DNA of 64,000 nt from assembly GCA_964543795.1 (NCBI GenBank), contig CAZIZN010000004.1, positions 189,176 through 253,175 on the forward strand, read 5' to 3'. Source of the DNA: an uncultured candidatus Brocadiaceae bacterium (GTDB lineage: Bacteria > Planctomycetota > UBA1135 > UBA2386). Below are positions 29,457-39,440 of this stretch, in pieces. The notes under the pieces are model-generated. The model ran no database searches. It was not told the origin of the DNA and worked only from the letters and a program-made list of their open reading frames with translations. How positions within the stretch are numbered: position 1 is the stretch's first letter; each line of letters begins with the position of its first letter. The translations under genes and the position numbers were made by a program.

Positions 29457-32321
29457 TCACCAGAACAGGCGCTTGGCAGTGATGTCCACCGCCTGCAAGT
29501 TCTCCCCGCGCGCGATCCAGCAGCGCCAGGCCTGGCCGTCGTAGCTGCCGAGTTCGCGGTCGTTCCAGAGGTCGCGCAGCTGCTCGAGCCGGTCGACGGC
29601 CACGAACACCGGGTTGCCCGCCTCGTTGCGCAGTTCGACGGCGAGCACGAGATCGCCGGCCTCGACCGGGATCGGCGGCTGGCCCGGCGCGGCGAACGTG
29701 CGTTCGACGAGTACCGCCGACTGCGGGATCACGTTCGGCTCGGCTTTCGGATCGTCGGTGATGCGGCGGTGCAGCGCGATCGCCGCGTTGCGCAGGCGGT
29801 CGGGCGCCTCGGCATAACCGAACGTGCGGCACTGCAGGTTCGCCATGCGCACCACCGCCCAGACCGCGGCCGGCACCGGCGCGAGCCGGAACGACTTCGT
29901 CTCGCCCTTGCGCTCGACCTTCAGATCGACCTCGACGCCGGCCTCCTGCTGCAGCAGGACCCGCGCGAAGCCCGGGCTCCACGTGATCGCCGTGCCGGCC
30001 AGTTCGACGATGCGGTCGCCGGCGCGCACGCCGGCCTTCGCCGCCGGGCCGCGTTCGTCGACGTCCATGACGACGACCTTGCCGTCCTCGTCGAGCACGC
30101 GCATGCCGAGGTCGGGGCTGCGCAGCTTGTAGGGCTGCAGCAGGAGGCCGAGCAGCTGCCGCCGCACGTGGTCGACCGCGATCGCGTAGCCCTTGTTGTT
30201 GAAGGTGCCGCCGCCGGCGCTGTTGATGCCGACGAGGCGGCCTTGCATGTCGAGCAGGGCGCCGCCGCTGTTGCCGCCGTTGATCGCGGCATCGGTCTCG
30301 ATCAGGTGGTCGAGCTTCGCCCAGCGACCCTTGACGCGGATGCTCTGGTCCTTGGCCGACACGACGCCGAACGTGATCGTGTTGGCGCGACCGTGCGGAT
30401 TGCCGATCGCCGCGACCGGTTCGCCGATGGCCAAGGCGTCGGAGTTGCCGAGTTCGACCGCCTGCACCTCTTCGCCCGGCTCGAGTTCGAGCTGCAGCAA
30501 GGACAAGTCGTCTTCGCGCGAGATGCTGAGCACGCGCACCTTGTAGGTCTTGCCGCCGAACACGCTGGCGGTGACGACGTGGTCGTTGCGCATCGACCCG
30601 TCGGGGTTCGTGGCCGCGTCGACGACGTGCCAGTTGCTGAGTGCCAGCCCCGAACGGTCGACGATGACGCCCGAACCCAGCCCGAGACCGACGAGCTTCG
30701 GCTCCGTCATCTCGGCGAACGGGTCGTCCTCGTCCTTCACGGCGACGTTGCGCGCGATGTAGATGTTGAGCATCGCGCCGCTCGCCTTCTCGACCATCGC
30801 GGTCAGGGGCCCTGTGCGCGCGCCGCGGTCGGTGGCGACCGGCGAAGCTGCTCCGGCCAGCTCCGCCGCAAACGCCCGCCGCACCGCGCCGATGCCGACG
30901 AACGTCGACAGGTTCGTCTCGGTCGTGATGCGGTCGCCGCGCGTGGCGAACGCGACCTCCAGCGGATCGACGGCCCCGCCGTCGCCGACACCGACCAGGG
31001 CACCGGTGAGGTCAACGATCGCGCCGCCGGCGTTCGGGTTGCCGAGGTTCGCGTCCGCCTGGATGCGACCGCCCTCGCGCCCGCGCCGCGCCGACACGAC
31101 GCCGCCGCTGACGACCACGTCGCCGGGGCCCGGCGCCCCGACCGCGAGCACGGTCTCGCCGAGGATCGTGTCGTCGTCCGCAGCGCACGGTGCGGCGGTC
31201 AGTGCCACCCCCGCGGGCAGTTCCACCTGCAGCAAGGCGAGGTTCGTCGAGCCGTGGCGCTTCTGCACCTTCGCCGGCAGCACCCGACCGTCCTGCGTGC
31301 GGATGCGCGGCTGTCCACCGGCGACGATGTGGGCATTGGTCACGACGAGGCCGCTGGCCGCGAGCACCACGCCCGAACCGACGCCGGACCGCCGTTGCAC
31401 CGCGCCCGGATCGTCGCCGCTGATCGCGGGCCAGTCGCCCTCGCCCGCGAACACCCCCACCACCGCCGGCGCGACGCGTGCCACCGCGGCCGCGCTCGCC
31501 GACGGTGCGGCGACGGGCGCCGTGCGCAGCGTCGCGCTCGACGCACCGGCGAACTCCGCGGCGAACGCGCGACGAACGACGCCGGCGGCGACCACGATGC
31601 CGAAGCTCGGCCGCCGCAGGTCTTCGAGCGTCGGTTCGCTCGTGTCGCGCTGCACCCGTTCGCTGCCGTAGAGGCCGAGCAGCCGGCCTTCGGCGTCGAC
31701 GACGGGGGCGCCGTCGCAGCGTTCGTCGTTGCGCGTGTCGCAGAGGAACACGTCGCTGGTCGCCAGGGCCGCACCGCGGTGCGTGACGGCCGCGAGCGAC
31801 GGGCTCGCGACGCCCGCGAACGCGAGCATGTCCTTGCCTTCGGGCCGCGCGAGCACGACGACCTGCTCACCGGCGCGAGGCCGATCAGGCCCGAGTTCGA
31901 GCGCGCCCAGCCCGTCGGCAGGCGGCTGTACGCGCAGCAGAGCCAGTCCGGTCGCCTCGTCGAGCCGCACGATCGCCGCGAGGAGGCGCGTGTTCGTCGC
32001 GTCGTCCAGTTGCACGAACAACTGCTTGTCGGTCGCCCCGACGGCCTCGACGACGAGGTGCTTCCAGGTCAACACGAGACCGCCCCGGTCGACGATCACG
32101 CCCGAGCTGGCGCGCTCGATATCGAACTTGCCGCGCGGTCCCTCGACCTCGACGAACACGTGCACGACCGCGCTGCGCACCTTCGCCACGACGGCAGCGG
32201 GACCCGCGGGCGCCGCCGCGCCGGGCGGCGCCGTGAGCAGGGAAGGTTGGACCACGCCCTGCGCGGGCAGCAAGGAAATGCCCCAGATCACCGGGGCCAG
32301 CACGGACGTCGCACGCACCAT
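29457..32321 (-). CDS. DegP/HtrA-like protease with three tandem trypsin domains plus PDZ
   Basis: Three GSGV/SSGV...H modules; the third has an intact triad (NWHVV, DDLSLL, GNSGG); PDZ GPAAKAGVRAGD. Confidence 0.88.
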   Translation of the reverse strand: MVRATSVLAPVIWGISLLPAQGVVQPSLLTAPPGAAAPAGPAAVVAKVRSAVVHVFVEVEGPRGKFDIERASSGVIVDRGGLVLTWKHLVVEAVGATDKQLFVQLDDATNTRLLAAIVRLDEATGLALLRVQPPADGLGALELGPDRPRAGEQVVVLARPEGKDMLAFAGVASPSLAAVTHRGAALATSDVFLCDTRNDERCDGAPVVDAEGRLLGLYGSERVQRDTSEPTLEDLRRPSFGIVVAAGVVRRAFAAEFAGASSATLRTAPVAAPSASAAAVARVAPAVVGVFAGEGDWPAISGDDPGAVQRRSGVGSGVVLAASGLVVTNAHIVAGGQPRIRTQDGRVLPAKVQKRHGSTNLALLQVELPAGVALTAAPCAADDDTILGETVLAVGAPGPGDVVVSGGVVSARRGREGGRIQADANLGNPNAGGAIVDLTGALVGVGDGGAVDPLEVAFATRGDRITTETNLSTFVGIGAVRRAFAAELAGAASPVATDRGARTGPLTAMVEKASGAMLNIYIARNVAVKDEDDPFAEMTEPKLVGLGLGSGVIVDRSGLALSNWHVVDAATNPDGSMRNDHVVTASVFGGKTYKVRVLSISREDDLSLLQLELEPGEEVQAVELGNSDALAIGEPVAAIGNPHGRANTITFGVVSAKDQSIRVKGRWAKLDHLIETDAAINGGNSGGALLDMQGRLVGINSAGGGTFNNKGYAIAVDHVRRQLLGLLLQPYKLRSPDLGMRVLDEDGKVVVMDVDERGPAAKAGVRAGDRIVELAGTAITWSPGFARVLLQQEAGVEVDLKVERKGETKSFRLAPVPAAVWAVVRMANLQCRTFGYAEAPDRLRNAAIALHRRITDDPKAEPNVIPQSAVLVERTFAAPGQPPIPVEAGDLVLAVELRNEAGNPVFVAVDRLEQLRDLWNDRELGSYDGQAWRCWIARGENLQAVDITAKRLFW

Positions 32322-32360
32322 GCCCCGCAGCCTAGCGGCGCGCGCCGACCGGTGCTCCGG

Positions 32361-33248
32361 TCACTTGTCCTTGTTCTCGGCGGCGAGCTTCTCGTTCGCC
32401 TCGGCGCGCTTCTGCGCGAGCTCGAGCATGCGCCGCTGGTGCTTGACGTAGTACTCGACGTTGCTGCGGATGCGGCCCATCGAGTCCACCTCGCGCTGCG
32501 CCTGGCCCTGGAAGTTCGCCCCGGGGTAGGTGCGCTTCATGACTTCGTCGAGCGCCTTCGGCACGCGCTTGAGGGCCGGGTAGAGCGGGCCCGTCGACTG
32601 GATGATCTCGGCCAGCGCCTTCGACTCCTTGCGCGAGTTCTTCGCCGTCGGCGCGAAGGCCGCGAGGTCGGCGAGCAGCTTGTCCGTGCTTTCCATGGCC
32701 TTCTTGAGCGCTGCGGCGTTGGCGTCGCGCAAAGACGGCTTGAGCGCGGCCACCTCGACGAGCCGCTTGCCGGCGCACACGTTGCACACGACCGCGCCTT
32801 CGCCGCGACAGCCGGGGCAAGCACTCCATCGCTTGTCGTCGCCGACCTTGAGGATGCCGCTGCCGGGGCAGCAGCCGCAGAGCAGGTACCCCGCGCCGCG
32901 GCAGCCCGGGCAGAGCGCCTTCTCGAGCGGATCGGGGAAGGTGCCGGTGCCCGCGCACGCATGGCAGGGAGCCTTCTTGTCCTCCGCGCGCTTGCAGTCC
33001 GGGCACTTCTTGGCTTCGTCGGGATAACGCGCGCAGGTCGAGCACTTCATCTGCCCGGTGCCCGAGCACGTCGGGCACTTCAGCTGGGCATGGTCTGCCC
33101 ACTGCACCATGCCGGCCTCGTCGGTCTTGGTCGCGCGCTCGAACTTCTCGGGGTGGAAGTAACGGATACCGTCGTCCTGGGCGACGGCGGTCGCCAGCGC
33201 AGCGACGAGGGCGAACAGGAAGCAGACGAACGGTCGTGCGTGGGCCAA
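32361..33248 (-). CDS. Secreted protein with DnaJ-type CxxCxGxG zinc-finger repeats
   Basis: TTG start with GGAGG SD, signal peptide ending AVAQ; eight CxxC pairs, five of them full CxxCxGxG. Confidence 0.8.
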   Translation of the reverse strand: MAHARPFVCFLFALVAALATAVAQDDGIRYFHPEKFERATKTDEAGMVQWADHAQLKCPTCSGTGQMKCSTCARYPDEAKKCPDCKRAEDKKAPCHACAGTGTFPDPLEKALCPGCRGAGYLLCGCCPGSGILKVGDDKRWSACPGCRGEGAVVCNVCAGKRLVEVAALKPSLRDANAAALKKAMESTDKLLADLAAFAPTAKNSRKESKALAEIIQSTGPLYPALKRVPKALDEVMKRTYPGANFQGQAQREVDSMGRIRSNVEYYVKHQRRMLELAQKRAEANEKLAAENKDK

Positions 33249-33388
33249 GGGTTCCTCCGGAGTGGCGGATCAGGATAGGTAGGGAACGACGCCACCGCAA
33301 ACCGCCCCTGCCGCACGCGCCACCACGCGTTCCGGTCCGCACCGCGAACACCCTGCAGCCGAGGCGGGCCGCCCGCCGCACGCCCAGT

Positions 33389-33640
33389 TCAGGGCGCCGC
33401 GTCCGCGTCGTCGGCGCCTGCGCCGTCCGCCGCTTCCTCCTCGGCGATGCCCGCGCCCTGCAGGCGCAACCGCAGCCGTCGATTCTGCCGGCGCAGCCGG
33501 TCGTTGCCCTGCTGCAAGCGACCGCACTCGTCGAGCAGCCAGAGCAGATCCTCTTTCGCGACCTGGATGTCGCCGCTCCGGTCCTGCACGCGCGCGCGCA
33601 GCTGTTTCCGGCGGGCCAGGGAGTTCTTGTCGAGAGTCAT
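33389..33640 (-). CDS. Small coiled-coil hypothetical protein
   Basis: 83-aa ORF with heptad-like LQQGNDRLRRQNRRLRLRL and an acidic tail. Confidence 0.6.
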   Translation of the reverse strand: MTLDKNSLARRKQLRARVQDRSGDIQVAKEDLLWLLDECGRLQQGNDRLRRQNRRLRLRLQGAGIAEEEAADGAGADDADAAP

Positions 33641-33784
33641 GCCGGCACGGCTATCCGCCGTCGTGCGCGACGGCAAGCTCCGGCGCGCGGTGCCGTGGGC
33701 GGTTGCCGGACCGCCAAAGGCCCGGCGACGGTCGCGGCCGATGACGCGGGGTCATCCCGCAGACCGCTGCGCACAGGAGCGCAC

Positions 33785-34714
33785 ATGAGCCACGACGACA
33801 GACAGAAGGTCCGGCAGGCCCGCGCGACGGCGCGGCTGCTCGAGAAGCTGTGCCGCAAGATGGAGAAGCTCTGCGTGCCGATGCAGGACGTGCTGATGCG
33901 CGTCGCGGCCGGCCACGCCGACGACGTCGCCCGCCAGCGCGTCGAGCAGTTCCAGGAGAAGCTCGGCATCGTCACCGGGGCTCTCTACGTGCTGAACGAC
34001 CGCAAGTACTCCCCCGGCGGCGGCGTGAGCCAGCGGCTGGCGGCGCGAGCGATCCAGCGGCTGAAGGACGGCCCCGCGGTCGCTCCGGCACCGCAGTCGA
34101 CGCCGACCACGGCCCCACCGAGCCTGCAGGGCACCTGTGCGTTCCTGCCGCTCGCGACCCTGCTGCGCCTCTTGGCGCGCCAGAAGCGCAGCGGCACGGT
34201 GGTGTTGAACCTCGGCGAGGAGACGATCACGCTGGCGATCTCGGGCGGCGACGTCGTGCACGTCGCCGCGCAGCCGCCGCGCCGCGGGGAACGCCTCGGT
34301 GAACTGCTCATCGAGGCCGGCGACGTCGTGCGCGAACACCTCATGAGCTTCACCGACCGCCGCAGCCCGAGCCGGCACTACGGCATCGCGCTCGTCGAGA
34401 ACGGCATCGTCTCGCCCGATGCGCTGACGCGCGCCCTGACGCGGCAGGCGCAGCTGCGGCTCGATCGCGCCTTCGCCTGCACGACCTGCACCTTCGCGTT
34501 CCACGAAGGCGAGGTGGCGGCAGCCACGGGCCTCATGGTCGACGTCGGCGAGTTCCTCGACGGCACCGGCCGCGGCGCGGCGCAGACCAGGACTCCCGAA
34601 CTGGCCCCGGCGCTCGGTGCCGCGCCGGCAGCCGCCGGCCAGGCGGTCGCGAAGCCGGCCGGGACCTGGAACGACGCTCCGGGAGCGGACTGGCGCTGGC
34701 GCGAAGACAAGTGA
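33785..34714 (+). CDS. DUF4388 domain protein
   Basis: LQGTCAFLPLATLLRLLARQKRSG, RLGELLIEAG and GIALVENGIV match the DUF4388/GSPII-N-like pattern. Confidence 0.8.
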   Translation: MSHDDRQKVRQARATARLLEKLCRKMEKLCVPMQDVLMRVAAGHADDVARQRVEQFQEKLGIVTGALYVLNDRKYSPGGGVSQRLAARAIQRLKDGPAVAPAPQSTPTTAPPSLQGTCAFLPLATLLRLLARQKRSGTVVLNLGEETITLAISGGDVVHVAAQPPRRGERLGELLIEAGDVVREHLMSFTDRRSPSRHYGIALVENGIVSPDALTRALTRQAQLRLDRAFACTTCTFAFHEGEVAAATGLMVDVGEFLDGTGRGAAQTRTPELAPALGAAPAAAGQAVAKPAGTWNDAPGADWRWREDK

Positions 34715-34725
34715 GGTGACCAGCG

Positions 34726-35838
34726 ATGTCCGAGACGGTACTCCCGCCCACGCAGATCCCGACGGTCGACGACCTGCTCGGGCACATGGTCAAGATCGGC
34801 GCCTCCGACCTGCACCTCGGCGTCGGCTCGCCCGCGGTCGTGCGCATCGACGGCAGCATGCGCCGCATCACGGGCCTGCCGGCGCTGGCCGAGGAGCACA
34901 CGCGCTTCTACGCGGACAGCCTGATGACTCCCGAGCAGGCCGAGCGCTTCGCCAGGAAACGCGACATCGACTTCGCCTACTCGATGGCGGGCGTCGGCCG
35001 CTTCCGCGTCAACGCGATGGTGCGCCGAGGCAGCGTGGCGTTGGTCGCGCGCCACATCCCGCACGAGATCCCGTCGGGCGGCAAGCTCGGCCTGCCCGGT
35101 GTGTGCCAGTACCTGGCGAACCGGCCGCGCGGCCTCGTGCTCGTCACCGGTCCCACGGGCAGCGGCAAGACGACGTCGTTGGCGGCGATCATCGACTACG
35201 TCAACGCCACCAGGGACGGCCACGTGCTGACGCTCGAGGATCCGATCGAGTTCCTGCACCGCGCCAAACGCTGCGTCGTCACGCAGCGCCAGATCGGCGA
35301 CGACACCGACAGCTTCGCCGACGGCCTGCGCGCGGGCCTGCGCCAGGATCCCGACGTCATCATGATCGGCGAGATGCGCGACCTCGAGACGATCCAGCTC
35401 GCGATCACGGCCGCCGAGACGGGACACCTCGTGTTCGGCACGCTGCACACGACGAGCGCGATCGCGACCGTCGACCGGATCATCGACGTGTTCCCGACCG
35501 AGCGTCAGCAGCAGGTGCGCCAGCAGCTCGCGAACTCGCTGCAGGGCATCGTCTCGCAGTGCCTCGTGCCGCGCGTCGGCGGCGGCCGGATCGCCGCCCA
35601 CGAGGTGCTCGTGGCGACCGACGCGGTGCGCGCCCAGATCCGCGAAGGCAAGACCGCGCAGATCCTGAACACGATGCAGACCAGCCGCGGCTCGGGCATG
35701 CGCACGCTCGAAGAGGCGCTGCTCGAACTCGCGCAAGCCGGCCAGATCGACCCCGGCGAGGCGATGCGCGTCGCCAACCGCCCCGAGGAGATCGCGCGCG
35801 CCTTCCCGGCCTGCGGCGCGCGACCCGACGAGGCGTAG
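34726..35838 (+). CDS. pilT: Type IV pilus retraction ATPase PilT
   Basis: SDLHL, GPTGSGKTT, TLEDPIE, LRQDPD, GEMRD, TLHT, AVRAQIRE (AIRNLIRE-like). Confidence 0.9.
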   Translation: MSETVLPPTQIPTVDDLLGHMVKIGASDLHLGVGSPAVVRIDGSMRRITGLPALAEEHTRFYADSLMTPEQAERFARKRDIDFAYSMAGVGRFRVNAMVRRGSVALVARHIPHEIPSGGKLGLPGVCQYLANRPRGLVLVTGPTGSGKTTSLAAIIDYVNATRDGHVLTLEDPIEFLHRAKRCVVTQRQIGDDTDSFADGLRAGLRQDPDVIMIGEMRDLETIQLAITAAETGHLVFGTLHTTSAIATVDRIIDVFPTERQQQVRQQLANSLQGIVSQCLVPRVGGGRIAAHEVLVATDAVRAQIREGKTAQILNTMQTSRGSGMRTLEEALLELAQAGQIDPGEAMRVANRPEEIARAFPACGARPDEA

Positions 35839-35935
35839 GCGCGACCGGGCCGCCGAGCGCGTCGCCGGCCCGCAACGCGCCGAACCGCCGCGACGCGAGG
35901 GCGAGCCGCGACGCCCGCGGCGGCATGCGGCCCGA

Positions 35936-37195
35936 TCAGTGGCCGATCGTCGTGACGAGCCGATTGCTCAGCCGCGCCTGCCCCGTGGTGGCGCCGAACG
36001 CGTTGAAGACCTGCGAGTGCAGGGTGATGCCGACCAGCGCCGCATCGTTCGGCACGGCGAGGTCGACGACGGCCAACGGATCGTGCCCGAGCGTCGGGAC
36101 CGCGTACAGCCCCAGCGACAGGATCGCGCTCGGATCCAGTTCGAGCACGCCGAACGGCGGCACGGCGAGCACCCCTGTCCCAGGACTCCAGTAGTAGCCC
36201 AGCAGGTCGCCGGGAGGAGCAGCGCCGCGGACGCGATAGGTGCGGCCGATGCGGGCAGGTTCGAGGTCGCAGAGGTACGGCAGCGGCGCGACGAAGGGAG
36301 TCGGGCGGATGGTCGCGCCGGCCAGGTCGGGCGGTCCGTAGGCCGAGTAGCTGTCGATGCGCACGAAGCCGTCGCCGCCGCCGGGCTGCGGTGGAGCGCC
36401 GATCAGACGCAACTCGCCGCCCGAGGCGTCGAGCGTGCCCGAAACCCGGACACCCTGCAGCGACCGCAGCAGGATCGCGCCACCCGAGCCGAGTCCCCCG
36501 CGGCCCACGGGCAGGTTCCAGAGGAACTCGGGGCCGAACACGAGGTCGCCGCCGCGCACGCGGATCGTGCCCGAGACGGTGATCGCGCCGCCGGCCAGGA
36601 GTGCGATCGTGCCCCCGCCGCCGCTCGGGGGTGGTCCGTGTGCACTCTGGTTGTGCGTGCCCGGGTCGCCGCCGCCGCTGCCGCCGCGCAGGTCGAACGG
36701 CAGGGCTGCGCCGTAGGTCGGCGCCAGCGGCACGAACGGGTTGGTCACGGATCCGGCGGTCGCGTGCGCGGCCGATCCACCCATGACGATCGGATAGATG
36801 CCGATGCCGATGCCGCCGCCGCCGGGACCGTTGTGCGGCGGCACGCCGCCGGGGTAGCCGCCGGGGCCACCGTGCACGGACTCGGATCGGGTGTTGCCGA
36901 CCCAGCGCGAGCCGCCGCCGTCGCCGTCGATCACGCCGGCGATCGACGCCGGGCCGAGGCACCGCAGCAGGGCCGGATTCGGCCCCACGAGGCGAACGGT
37001 GACGCCCGCGGGGATCTGGATCTGCGTGAACTGGAAGATGCCGCTGTTCGCCGTGGTGTCGAGCGTGACGTCGGCGGTGGGCGCCAACACGCCGTCGCGG
37101 CCGTCGCCGTAGCCCTGGGCACGGGCCGGGACCGTCGCCGCGAACAGGAGCCACAGAGCCGCGAGAGGACCCAGGAGTGCGGCGAAGCGTTGCAT
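35936..37195 (-). CDS. Secreted Gly-rich protein with divergent shared C-terminal domain
   Basis: Signal peptide ending ARAQ; GDGRDG N-motif, GGGGG/GGSGG repeats; ends VPND..LVG..LHSQ...SNRLVTTIGH. Confidence 0.75.
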   Translation of the reverse strand: MQRFAALLGPLAALWLLFAATVPARAQGYGDGRDGVLAPTADVTLDTTANSGIFQFTQIQIPAGVTVRLVGPNPALLRCLGPASIAGVIDGDGGGSRWVGNTRSESVHGGPGGYPGGVPPHNGPGGGGIGIGIYPIVMGGSAAHATAGSVTNPFVPLAPTYGAALPFDLRGGSGGGDPGTHNQSAHGPPPSGGGGTIALLAGGAITVSGTIRVRGGDLVFGPEFLWNLPVGRGGLGSGGAILLRSLQGVRVSGTLDASGGELRLIGAPPQPGGGDGFVRIDSYSAYGPPDLAGATIRPTPFVAPLPYLCDLEPARIGRTYRVRGAAPPGDLLGYYWSPGTGVLAVPPFGVLELDPSAILSLGLYAVPTLGHDPLAVVDLAVPNDAALVGITLHSQVFNAFGATTGQARLSNRLVTTIGH

Positions 37196-37404
37196 GGGCC
37201 CCATCGTATCCGGAAGGGTCTGCGCCTACCGGCCGCGGGAGGCGGGGGCGGCCGTTCCCGCCGCCGGTCGCCGCCGAGCCGCGGGCCGCGGCGGGCGCGA
37301 GCACCCCTCCGGGTGTCCCAAGCCCCGCGACCGCCGCCGCATCCGTAGCCCCCCATCCGTGAGCACCCGGTCCCCGCGGCATGAACAGCCCTGCGACCCG
37401 GTCC

Positions 37405-37580
37405 GTCGCCGTTGAGCCGCGGCCGCTGCGGCCGTCGGCTCCTACGTGGGCGGGCGAGTCCCGTTCCCCTCCCGTTCCCGAGTAGTTCTCATCGGCCTGG
37501 GGCCCTCCCCGAGGCATGAACGTGGGTGCGGTTCGGCTTGTCGCCGTTGAGCCGCGGCCGCTGCGGCCGTCGGCTCCAAC
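37405..37580 (-). repeat. Pair of REP-like palindromes (38-bp exact direct repeat)
   Basis: GTCGCCGTTGAGCCGCGGCCGCTGCGGCCGTCGGCTCC at 37405-37442 and 37540-37577; minus strand starts GTAG (copy 1) or GTTG (copy 2). Confidence 0.8.
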
Positions 37581-37613
37581 TCAGGCGGGCGTCGCCGGTG
37601 GTCCGTGCGGTTC

Positions 37614-39394
37614 CTAGTAGATCTTGGCTCCGGCGCGCGCCAGCACCTCGTCGGCGAGCGTCGCGGCACCGGCGAGCAGGGCGCCGATCGTCACGAGGCC
37701 GCGGTGCTGCTGCGTGAAGCCGCGTTCGTCGACGAATTGGGCGAACGTGCTGCAGCCGAGTGCTTCGGCGACGGTCTCGGCATCGGGCAGCGCCTCGCTG
37801 CCGAAGCCGATCGTCTCGCGGTGCGCGTCGATCTGCGGGTAACCGAGCGTCTCGACCGTGCGCCAGCCGAGCTCGGCGAGCCGGAAAGCGCGCAGGTGCA
37901 GCACGCCGTTCGCGCCCGCGAAGTGCTTCGTCATCGCCTGGAAGTCCTCGCGTGCCGCGAGGCTCTCGTCGGGCGACTCGGCCTGCCGCAGTGCGCGGTT
38001 GAGGCCGAGCACGTCGGAGCCGAGCAGCAGCGCGTCGTCGGTCAGCACGTAGCACGGCGAGAGCTGCAGCTGGTCCTCGAGCGGCAGGGAGAAGTACCGC
38101 ACCTCGCGCCCGTCGACCCGTCGCGTCTTCCACTCGAAGCCCGCTTCGACGACGAGCTGCTCCACCTGCCGCAGCAGCGCGGCGACGATCTCGCGATCGC
38201 GCACCGCGACGCGCACCAGCAGCTCGGGCTTGGGGATCGCGCCCTTCTCGAGGCTCAGTGCGAACCCGACCTGGTCGCCGAAGGCGCGCACGATCCGATC
38301 GACCTCCGCGGGCGTGGTGCCGGCCTGGCGCAGCTCGCGCGCGAGCTCGCGGCCGACCTCGCGCTGGAATTCCTGGCGGGCCGGACCGGGCAACAGCGCG
38401 ACGAAGCGGTGCGCGGCGTCGATCACCGCCGGCAGGTCGAGCGAACGGGCGCCGAAGAGCACCGTGTTGTCGGAGCAGTAGTGCGCGAGGTCGAAGGTTG
38501 CCGGCTTGTGGGCCGCCGCCTTGAACAACCCGTCGGCCCCCCCGGTGAACCCGACGTGCACGAGGTCGACGCCGCCATCCTTCGTGCGCCGAAGCCGGCG
38601 AACAGCGCATCCAGCGATCCCAGGCCCAACGCATCGGCCCAGTCGCCCGCCTCGTAGGGCAACACGGGTTCGAGCATCTGGGTCACGACGCTCGTGTTCG
38701 CGTAGGCAGCGAGCACCGGATCGCCGCCGAGCCGCGCCCGGAGTTCGCCGAGCGCCGCGAGTCCTCTTGCGTTGCCGCCATGCACGGCGGCCATCTCGCC
38801 GAGCATGCCGCGGCTGTTGGTCAACACGCGATGGCCGGCGAACCGCGCCAGGAACACCGGCGGACCCGACGGGACCTCGATGACCCGGGAGGGCAGGCCG
38901 GCGACCGTCTCGTCGCGCAGCGTGGCGCCGCGCTGCGTCAGGACCGACCCGGCGTGGTCCAGCAACCGGTCGATCGTCTCCCCACTCTCCCCTTCTTCGA
39001 TCAGCAGCGCGACCGAGGGCCCCATGCCTTCGATCGTGGGGCGCCCCACCGCGAGCGTCATCGGGCAGCGCAGCAACCGGCGCACCTCCTCGGGCGAGAC
39101 CCTGACGCGCTCCAGCGCGCGCCGGACCTGCTGCGCGGCGCGATCGAGCCCCTCGTCGAGATGCTGCTGCCGCACCTCGTCCGGCAGGTTGCCGACGAAG
39201 GTGCCGAGCATCTCGGCGATCGGCCACTCGCGGGCGTTGGCAACACAGCGATCGAGCCCGCCGAAGTGCACCACCCCGTAGGTGCTGGGCGGCAGCAGGT
39301 CGCTCGCAGAACGCGGCAGGGACTTGGGCGCCTGGCCCGGGACGACCGCTGCCACGAGGGCGGCGGCGAGAAACTGGAGGGAGCGAGAGTGCAT
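37614..39394 (-). pseudogene. Secreted DUF3352-like protein interrupted by a 1-bp deletion (pseudogene or sequence error)
   Basis: N-half is in the frame of ORF 38423-39976 and C-half in the frame of ORF 37614-39434; span 1781 bp = 3n-1; break at 38585/38586. Confidence 0.75.
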
Positions 39395-39440
39395 GGTGGG
39401 TGATTCCGTGAAGGGATGCGGCAACGGCGGCCACCGTGGA

